DNA of 64,000 nt from Auanema rhodensis. Lineage: Eukaryota > Animalia > Nematoda. The DNA is taken from the NCBI GenBank assembly GCA_964057225.1, contig OZ059897.1, positions 4,402,001 to 4,466,000 of the forward strand, given 5' to 3'. The notes under the pieces are model-generated. The model had not been told where the DNA came from. It saw only the letters and a list, made by a program, of their open reading frames with translations, and searched no databases. Shown piece by piece: positions 53,950 to 64,000 of the stretch (positions are counted from its first letter, which is position 1; every line of letters begins with the position of its first letter). A program made the translations under genes and the position numbers.

Positions 53950-56900
53950 CGTCGATCTGTGTTATCAGATTTGAGTTAGCTTAAAAATGCACCGAGATAT
54001 CAACTGATATATGTTCACACTTATATCCTCGATTTTCACCCTGAAGAAATGATTTTTTCGTTGAAAAACATTGTCCATCGTATTCGTCTTGAAAAAAAGA
54101 ATCTAAAAACATCTACTTTTTGTGAAATTATTCAGAAATTTTTCGGGAAAATTTTTGTCAAAATGTTTTTGGAAGCAATGTTGAGTGTACATGGGAACTT
54201 AACATACACTAATGCATTATTTTTCAAACGATCATAACTAATTTTTGTATGGAGCGTTTCTCAATGTAGTATAGTGCATTCGATGCGGATTTTTAAGCTG
54301 CGTTGATCTGTGTTATCAGATTTGCGCTAGCTTAAAAATGCACCGAGTAATCAACTGATATAGGTTCACACTTATATCCTCGATTTTCACCCTGAAGAAT
54401 TAATTTTTTCGTTGAATAACATTGTCCATCGTCTTTGCCTTGAGAAAAGAAATCTAAAAACTCCTACTTTTTGTGAAATTATTTAGAAATTTTTCGGGAA
54501 AATTTTTGTCACAATGTTTTTGAAAGCAATGTTGAGTGTACATGGGAACTCAGCATACACTAATGCATTATTTTTCAAACGATCATAACTAATTTTTGTA
54601 TAGAGCGTTTCTCAATGTAGTATAGTGCATTCGATGCGGATTTTTAAGCTGCGTCGATCTGTGTTATCAGATTTGAGTTAGCTTAAAAATGCACCGAGAT
54701 ATCAACTGATATATGTTCACACTTATATCCTCGATTTTCACCCTGAAGAAATGATTTTTTCGTTGAAAAACATTGTCCATCGTATTCGTCTTGAAAAAAA
54801 GAATCTAAAAACATCTACTTTTTGTGAAATTATTCAGAAATTTTTCGGGAAAATTTTTGTCAAAATGTTTTTGGAAGCAATGTTGAGTGTACATGGGAAC
54901 TCAACATACACTAATGCATTATTTTTCAAACGATCATAACTAATTTTTGTATAGAGCGTTTCTCAATGTAGTATAGTGCATTCGATGCGGATTTTTAAGC
55001 TGCGTCGATCTGTGTTATCAGATTTGAGTTAGCTTAAAAATGCACCGAGATATCAACTGATATATGTTCACACTTATATCCTCGATTTTCACCCTGAAGA
55101 AATGATTTTTTCGTTGAAAAACATTGTCCATCGTATTCGTCTTGAAAAAAAGAATCTAAAAACATCTACTTTTTGTGAAATTATTCAGAAATTTTTCGGG
55201 AAAATTTTTGTCAAAATGTTTTTGGAAGCAATGTTGAGTGTACATGGGAACTCAGCATACACTAATGCATTATTTTTCAAACGATCATAACTAATTTTTG
55301 TATGGAGCGTTTCTCAATGTAGTATAGTGCATTCGATGCGGATTTTTGAGCTGCGTTGATCTGTGTTATCAGATTTGCGCTAGCTTAAAAATGCACCGAG
55401 TAATCAACTGATATAGGTTCACACTTATATCCTCGATTTTCACCCTGAAGAATTAATTTTTTCGTTGAATAACATTGTCCATCGTCTTTGCCTTGAGAAA
55501 AGAAATCTAAAAACTCCTACTTTTTGTGAAATTATTTAGAAATTTTTCGGGAAAATTTTTGTCACAATGTTTTTGGAAGCAATGTTGAGTGTACATGGGA
55601 ACTCAGCATACACTAATGCATTATTTTTCAAACGATCATAACTAATTTTTGTATAGAGCGTTTCTCAATGTAGTATAGTGCATTCGATGCGGATTTTTAA
55701 GCTGCGTCGATCTGTGTTATCAGATTTGAGTTAGCTTAAAAATGCACCGAGATATCAACTGATATATGTTCACACTTATATCCTCGATTTTCACCCTGAA
55801 GAAATGATTTTTTCGTTGAAAAACATTGTCCATCGTATTCGTCTTGAAAAAAAGAATCTAAAAACATCTACTTTTTGTGAAATTATTCAGAAATTTTTCG
55901 GGAAAATTTTTGTCAAAATGTTTTTGGAAGCAATGTTGAGTGTACATGGGAACTTAACATACACTAATGCATTATTTTTCAAACGATCATAACTAATTTT
56001 TGTATGGAGCGTTTCTCAATGTAGTATAGTGCATTCGATGCGGATTTTTAAGCTGCGTTGATCTGTGTTATCAGATTTGCGCTAGCTTAAAAATGCACCG
56101 AGTAATCAACTGATATAGGTTCACACTTATATCCTCGATTTTCACCCTGAAGAATTAATTTTTTCGTTGAATAACATTGTCCATCGTCTTTGCCTTGAGA
56201 AAAGAAATCTAAAAACTCCTACTTTTTGTGAAATTATTTAGAAATTTTTCGGGAAAATTTTTGTCACAATGTTTTTGGAAGCAATGTTGAGTGTACATGG
56301 GAACTCAGCATACACTAATGCATTATTTTTCAAACGATCATAACTAATTTTTGTATAGAGCGTTTCTCAATGTAGTATAGTGCATTCGATGCGGATTTTT
56401 AAGCTGCGTCGATCTGTGTTATCAGATTTGAGTTAGCTTAAAAATGCACCGAGATATCAACTGATATATGTTCACACTTATATCCTCGATTTTCACCCTG
56501 AAGAAATGATTTTTTCGTTGAAAAACATTGTCCATCGTATTCGTCTTGAAAAAAAGAATCTAAAAACATCTACTTTTTGTGAAATTATTCAGAAATTTTT
56601 CGGGAAAATTTTTGTCAAAATGTTTTTGGAAGCAATGTTGAGTGTACATGGGAACTCAACATACACTAATGCATTATTTTTCAAACGATCATAACTAATT
56701 TTTGTATAGAGCGTTTCTCAATGTAGTATAGTGCATTCGATGCGGATTTTTAAGCTGCGTCGATCTGTGTTATCAGATTTGAGTTAGCTTAAAAATGCAC
56801 CGAGATATCAACTGATATATGTTCACACTTATATCCTCGATTTTCACCCTGAAGAAATGATTTTTTCGTTGAAAAACATTGTCCATCGTATTCGTCTTGA

Positions 56901-59240
56901 AAAAAAGAATCTAAAAACATCTACTTTTTGTGAAATTATTCAGAAATTTTTCGGGAAAATTTTTGTCAAAATGTTTTTGGAAGCAATGTTGAGTGTACAT
57001 GGGAACTCAGCATACACTAATGCATTATTTTTCAAACGATCATAACTAATTTTTGTATGGAGCGTTTCTCAATGTAGTATAGTGCATTCGATGCGGATTT
57101 TTGAGCTGCGTTGATCTGTGTTATCAGATTTGCGCTAGCTTAAAAATGCACCGAGTAATCAACTGATATAGGTTCACACTTATATCCTCGATTTTCACCC
57201 TGAAGAATTAATTTTTTCGTTGAATAACATTGTCCATCGTCTTTGCCTTGAGAAAAGAAATCTAAAAACTCCTACTTTTTGTGAAATTATTTAGAAATTT
57301 TTCGGGAAAATTTTTGTCACAATGTTTTTGGAAGCAATGTTGAGTGTACATGGGAACTCAGCATACACTAATGCATTATTTTTCAAACGATCATAACTAA
57401 TTTTTGTATAGAGCGTTTCTCAATGTAGTATAGTGCATTCGATGCGGATTTTTAAGCTGCGTCGATCTGTGTTATCAGATTTGAGTTAGCTTAAAAATGC
57501 ACCGAGATATCAACTGATATATGTTCACACTTATATCCTCGATTTTCACCCTGAAGAAATGATTTTTTCGTTGAAAAACATTGTCCATCGTATTCGTCTT
57601 GAAAAAAAGAATCTAAAAACATCTACTTTTTGTGAAATTATTCAGAAATTTTTCGGGAAAATTTTTGTCAAAATGTTTTTGGAAGCAATGTTGAGTGTAC
57701 ATGGGAACTTAACATACACTAATGCATTATTTTTCAAACGATCATAACTAATTTTTGTATGGAGCGTTTCTCAATGTAGTATAGTGCATTCGATGCGGAT
57801 TTTTAAGCTGCGTTGATCTGTGTTATCAGATTTGCGCTAGCTTAAAAATGCACCGAGTAATCAACTGATATAGGTTCACACTTATATCCTCGATTTTCAC
57901 CCTGAAGAATTAATTTTTTCGTTGAATAACATTGTCCATCGTCTTTGCCTTGAGAAAAGAAATCTAAAAACTCCTACTTTTTGTGAAATTATTTAGAAAT
58001 TTTTCGGGAAAATTTTTGTCACAATGTTTTTGGAAGCAATGTTGAGTGTACATGGGAACTCAGCATACACTAATGCATTATTTTTCAAACGATCATAACT
58101 AATTTTTGTATAGAGCGTTTCTCAATGTAGTATAGTGCATTCGATGCGGATTTTTAAGCTGCGTCGATCTGTGTTATCAGATATGAGTTAGCTTAAAAAT
58201 GCACCGAGATATCAACTGATATATGTTCACACTTATATCCTCGATTTTCACCCTGAAGAAATGATTTTTTCGTTGAAAAACATTGTCCATCGTATTCGTC
58301 TTGAAAAAAAGAATCTAAAAACATCTACTTTTTGTGAAATTATTCAGAAATTTTTCGGGAAAATTTTTGTCAAAATGTTTTTGGAAGCAATGTTGAGTGT
58401 ACATGGGAACTCAACATACACTAATGCATTATTTTTCAAACGATCATAACTAATTTTTGTATAGAGCGTTTCTCAATGTAGTATAGTGCATTCGATGCGG
58501 ATTTTTAAGCTGCGTCGATCTGTGTTATCAGATTTGAGTTAGCTTAAAAATGCACCGAGATATCAACTGATATATGTTCACACTTATATCCTCGATTTTC
58601 ACCCTGAAGAAATGATTTTTTCGTTGAAAAACATTGTCCATCGTATTCGTCTTGAAAAAAAGAATCTAAAAACATCTACTTTTTGTGAAATTATTCAGAA
58701 ATTTTTCGGGAAAATTTTTGTCAAAATGTTTTTGGAAGCAATGTTGAGTGTACATGGGAACTCAGCATACACTAATGCATTATTTTTCAAACGATCATAA
58801 CTAATTTTTGTATGGAGCGTTTCTCAATGTAGTATAGTGCATTCGATGCGGATTTTTGAGCTGCGTTGATCTGTGTTATCAGATTTGCGCTAGCTTAAAA
58901 ATGCACCGAGTAATCAACTGATATAGGTTCACACTTATATCCTCGATTTTCACCCTGAAGAATTAATTTTTTCGTTGAATAACATTGTCCATCGTCTTTG
59001 CCTTGAGAAAAGAAATCTAAAAACTCCTACTTTTTGTGAAATTATTTAGAAATTTTTCGGGAAAATTTTTGTCACAATGTTTTTGGAAGCAATGTTGAGT
59101 GTACATGGGAACTCAGCATACACTAATGCATTATTTTTCAAACGATCATAACTAATTTTTGTATAGAGCGTTTCTCAATGTAGTATAGTGCATTCGATGC
59201 GGATTTTTAAGCTGCGTCGATCTGTGTTATCAGATTTGAG
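53950..59240 (+). repeat. Three near-identical copies of a 5-mer higher-order repeat (A-B-A-A-B, 1755 bp); boundaries approximate
   Basis: The private variant gggaactTaac occurs at 54200, 55955 and 57710. The ORF triplets 54049/54751/55102, 55804/56506/56857 and 57559/58261/58612 repeat every 1755 bp. Confidence 0.88.
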
Positions 59241-62200
59241 TTAGCTTGAAAATGCACCGAGATATCAACTGATATATGTTCACACTTATATCCTCGATTT
59301 TCACCCTGAAGAAATGATTTTTTCGTTGAAAAACATTGTCCATCGTATTCGTCTTGAAAAAAGGAATCTAAAAACATCTACTTTTTGTGAAATTATTTAG
59401 AAATTTTTCGGGAAAATTTTTGTCAAAATGTTTTTGGAAGCAATGTTGAGTGTACATGGGAACTCAACATACACTAATGCATTATTTTTCAAACGATCAT
59501 AACTAATTTTTGTATGGAGCGTTTCTCAATGTAGTATAGTGCATTCGATGCGGATTTTTGAGCTGCGTTGATCTGTGTTATCAGATTTGCGCTAGCTTAA
59601 AAATGCACCGAGTAATCAACTGATATAGGTTCACACTTATATCCTCGATTTTCACCCTGAAGAATTAATTTTTTCGTTGAATAACATTGTCCATCGTCTT
59701 TGCCTTGAGAAAAGAAATCTAAAAACTCCTACTTTTTGTGAAATTATTTAGAAATTTTTCGGGAAAATTTTTGTCACAATGTTTTTGGAAGCAATGTTGA
59801 GTGTACATGGGAACTCAGCATACACTAATGCATTATTTTTCAAACGATCATAACTAATTTTTGTATAGAGCGTTTCTCAATGTAGTATAGTGCATTCGAT
59901 GCGGATTTTTAAGCTGCGTCGATCTGTGTTATCAGATTTGAGTTAGCTTAAAAATGCACCGAGATATCAACTGATATATGTTCACACTTATATCCTCGAT
60001 TTTCACCCTGAAGAAATGATTTTTTCGTTGAAAAACATTGTCCATCGTATTCGTCTTGAAAAAAAGAATCTAAAAACATCTACTTTTTGTGAAATTATTC
60101 AGAAATTTTTCGGGAAAATTTTTGTCAAAATGTTTTTGGAAGCAATGTTGAGTGTACATGGGAACTCAACATACACTAATGCATTATTTTTCAAACGATC
60201 ATAACTAATTTTTGTATGGAGCGTTTCTCAATGTAGTATAGTGCATTCGATGCGGATTTTTAAGCTGCGTTGATCTGTGTTATCAGATTTGCGCTAGCTT
60301 AAAAATGCACCGAGTAATCAACTGATATAGGTTCACACTTATATCCTCGATTTTCACCCTGAAGAATTAATTTTTTCGTTGAATAACATTGTCCATCGTC
60401 TTTGCCTTGAGAAAAGAAATCTAAAAACTCCTACTTTTTGTGAAATTATTTAGAAATTTTTCGGGAAAATTTTTGTCACAATGTTTTTGGAAGCAATGTT
60501 GAGTGTACATGGGAACTCAGCATACACTAATGCATTATTTTTCAAACGATCATAACTAATTTTTGTATAGAGCGTTTCTCAATGTAGTATAGTGCATTCG
60601 ATGCGGATTTTTGAGTTGCGTTGATCTGTGTTATCAGATTTGCGCTAGCTTAAAAATGCACCGAGTAATCAACTGATATATGTTCACACTTATATCCTCG
60701 ATTTTCACCCTGAAGAAATGATTTTTTCGTTGAAAAACATTGTCCATCGTATTCGTCTTGAAAAAAGGAATCTAAAAACATCTACTTTTTGTGAAATTAT
60801 TTAGAAATTTTTCGGGAAAATTTTTGTCACAATGTTTTTGGAAGCAATGTTGAGTGTACATGGGAACTCAGCATACACTAATGCATTATTTTTCAAACGA
60901 TCATAACTAATTTTTGTATAGAGCGTTTCTCAATGTAGTATAGTGCATTCGATGCGGATTTTTAAGCTGCGTCGATCTGTGTTATCAGATTTGAGTTAGC
61001 TTAAAAATGCACCGAGATATCAACTGATATATGTTCACACTTATATCCTCGATTTTCACCCTGAAGAAATGATTTTTTCGTTGAAAAACATTGTCCATCG
61101 TATTCGTCTTGAAAAAAAGAATCTAAAAACATCTACTTTTTGTGAAATTATTCAGAAATTTTTCGGGAAAATTTTTGTCAAAATGTTTTTGGAAGCAATG
61201 TTGAGTGTACATGGGAACTCAACATACACTAATGCATTATTTTTCAAACGATCATATTTAATTTTTGTATGGAGCGTTTCTCAATGTAGTATAGTGCATT
61301 CGATGCGGATTTTTAAGCTGCGTTGATCTGTGTTATCAGATTTGCGCTAGCTTAAAAATGCACCGAGTAATCAACTGATATAGGTTCACACTTATATCCT
61401 CGATTTTCACCCTGAAGAATTAATTTTTTCGTTGAATAACATTGTCCATCGTCTTTGCCTTGAGAAAAGAAATCTAAAAACTCCTACTTTTTGTGAAATT
61501 ATTTAGAAATTTTTCGGGAAAATTTTTGTCACAATGTTTTTGGAAGCAATGTTGAGTGTACATGGGAACTCAGCATACACTAATGCATTATTTTTCAAAC
61601 GATCATAACTAATTTTTGTATAGAGCGTTTCTCAATGTAGTATAGTGCATTCGATGCGGATTTTTAAGCTGCGTCGATCTGTGTTATCAGATTTGAGTTA
61701 GCTTGAAAATGCACCGAGATATCAACTGATATATGTTCACACTTATATCCTCGATTTTCACCCTGAAGAAATGATTTTTTCGTTGAAAAACATTGTCCAT
61801 CGTATTCGTCTTGAAAAAAAGAATCTAAAAACATCTACTTTTTGTGAAATTATTCAGAAATTTTTCGGGAAAATTTTTGTCAAAATGTTTTTGGAAGCAA
61901 TGTTGAGTGTACATGGGAACTCAACATACACTAATGCATTATTTTTCAAACGATCATAACTAATTTTTGTATGGAGCGTTTCTCAATGTAGTATAGTGCA
62001 TTCGATGCGGATTTTTAAGCTGCGTTGATCTGTGTTATCAGATTTGCGCTAGCTTAAAAATGCACCGAGTAATCAACTGATATAGGTTCACACTTATATC
62101 CTCGATTTTCACCCTGAAGAATTAATTTTTTCGTTGAATAACATTGTCCATCGTCTTTGCCTTGAGAAAAGAAATCTAAAAACTCCTACTTTTTGTGAAA

Positions 62201-64000
62201 TTATTTAGAAATTTTTCGGGAAAATTTTTGTCACAATGTTTTTGGAAGCAATGTTGAGTGTACATGGGAACTCAACATACACTAATGCATTATTTTTCAA
62301 ACGATCATAACTAATTTTTGTATGGAGCGTTTCTCAATGTAGTATAGTGCATTCGATGCGGATTTTTAAGCTGCGTCGATCTGTGTTATCAGATTTGAGT
62401 TAGCTTAAAAATGCACCGAGATATCAACTGATGTATGTTCACACTTATATCCTCGATTTTCACCCTGAAGAAATGATTTTTTCGTTGAAAAACATTGTCC
62501 ATCGTATTCGTCTTGAAAAAAGGAATCTAAAAACATCTACTTTTTGTGAAATTATTTAGAAATTTTTCGGGAAAATTTTTGTCAAAATGTTTTTGGAAGC
62601 AATGTTGAGTGTACATGGGAACTCAACATACACTAATGCATTATTTTTCATACGATCATAACTAATTTTTGTATAAAGCGTTTCTCAATGTAGTATAGTG
62701 CATTCGATGCGGATTTTTAAGCTGCGTCGATCTGTGTTATCAGATTTGAGTTAGCTTAAAAATGCACCGAGATATCAACTGATATATGTTCACACTTATA
62801 TCCTCGATTTTCACCCTGAAGAATTAATTTTTTCGTTGAAAAACATTGTCCATCGTATTCGTCTTGAAAAAAAGAATCTAAAAACATCTACTTTTTGTGA
62901 AATTATTCAGAAATTTTTCGGGAAAATTTTTGTCAAAATGTTTTTGGAAGCAATGTTGAGTGTACATGGGAACTCAACATACACTAATGCATTATTTTTC
63001 AAACGATCATAACTAATTTTTGTATGGAGCGTTTCTCAATGTAGTATAGTGCATTCGATGCGGATTTTTGAGCTGCGTTGATCTGTGTTATCAGATTTGC
63101 GCTAGCTTAAAAATGCACCGAGTAATCAACTGATATAGGTTCACACTTATATCCTCGATTTTCACCCTGAAGAAATGATTTTTTCGTTGAAAAACATTGT
63201 CCATCGTATTCGTCTTGAAAAAAGGAATCTAAAAACATCTACTTTTTGTGAAATTATTTAGAAATTTTTCGGGAAAATTTTTGTCAAAATGTTTTTGGAA
63301 GCAATGTTGAGTGTACATGGGAACTCAACATACACTAATGCATTATTTTTCATACGATCATAACTAATTTTTGTATAAAGCGTTTCTCAATGTAGTATAG
63401 TGCATTCGATGCGGATTTTTAAGCTGCGTTGATCTGTGTTATCAGATTTGCGCTAGCTTAAAAATGCACCGAGTAATCAACTGATATAGGTTCACACTTA
63501 TATCCTCGATTTTCACCCTGAAGAATTAATTTTTTCGTTGAATAACATTGTCCATCGTCTTTGCCTTGAGAAAAGAAATCTAAAAACTCCTACTTTTTGT
63601 GAAATTATTTAGAAATTTTTCGGGAAAATTTTTGTCACAATGTTTTTGGAAGCAATGTTGAGTGTACATGGGAACTCAACATACACTAATGCATTATTTT
63701 TCATACGATCATAACTAATTTTTGTATAAAGCGTTTCTCAATGTAGTATAGTGCATTCGATGCGGATTTTTAAGCTGCGTCGATCTGTGTTATCAGATTT
63801 GAGTTAGCTTAAAAATGCACCGAGATATCAACTGATATATGTTCACACTTATATCCTCGATTTTCACCCTGAAGAAATGATTTTTTCGTTGAAAAACATT
63901 GTCCATCGTATTCGTCTTGAAAAAAGGAATCTAAAAACATCTACTTTTTGTGAAATTATTTAGAAATTTTTCGGGAAAATTTTTGTCAAAATGTTTTTGG

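Larger units (their letters stand above)
1..64000. repeat. AT-rich tandem satellite DNA array, 351-bp monomer, about 182 copies (family not identified)
   Basis: The same sequence recurs every 351 bp (gaaattattt at 1, 352, ... 4564). Within each block, same-type ORF-track hits are spaced by multiples of 351, with one exception caused by a 1-bp loss near 50750. Apart from the 8-bp junction filler, I see no non-satellite sequence. Confidence 0.99.
20501..64000 (+). repeat. Forward-orientation satellite block 2 (about 124 monomers, open at the window end)
   Basis: The forward monomer resumes at aactcaacatacactaatgc (20501, monomer position 73) and continues to the window end. Confidence 0.97.

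Noticed and set aside
61069-61326. 85-aa extended ORF
   Set aside because: It is a read-through caused by a local variant (tcataacta to tcatattta) that removes the TAA in a single monomer.
1330-61959. About 52 copies of a 62-aa ORF (MIFSLKNIV...) as a tandem gene family
   Set aside because: It is a segment of the satellite monomer. It is open only when the ATG (versus TTA) and CAG (versus TAG) alleles coincide, and most monomers are closed. The F/K/I/N-rich composition reflects A/T tracts, and I recognise no domain.
1-64000. CRISPR-like array or diversity-generating cassette system
   Set aside because: There are no unique spacers and no cas, recombinase or reverse transcriptase genes. Variation is limited to a few recurring SNP alleles in a contiguous 351-bp unit.

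Overview
The whole 64 kb window is one AT-rich tandem satellite array with a 351-bp monomer (about 182 copies), most likely eukaryotic (peri)centromeric or heterochromatic DNA. I do not recognise the family or organism. I find no credible protein gene, RNA gene, transposon or CRISPR array: the listed 62-85 aa ORFs are the same monomer segment, opened or closed by single-base variants. The array has three orientation blocks: forward 1-4816, inverted 4815-20492 (15,678 bp = 44 monomers + 234 bp) and forward 20501-64000. The left junction has a 2-bp TA microhomology. The right junction has an 8-bp filler, which recreates the 9-mer TAACTCAAA that begins the inverted block. Monomer phase is not conserved at either junction. 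Monomers are mosaics of two main variant haplotypes (A and B), arranged in local, unstable higher-order repeats (2-, 3-, 5-, 6- and 9/11-mers). Monomer length is nearly invariant (one net 1-bp loss in the window), and each monomer carries an approximately 51-nt imperfect hairpin. I cannot support a new gene-based system here; the interesting content is the rearrangement junctions and the array's turnover history. All variant comparisons were made by eye and need confirming by alignment.
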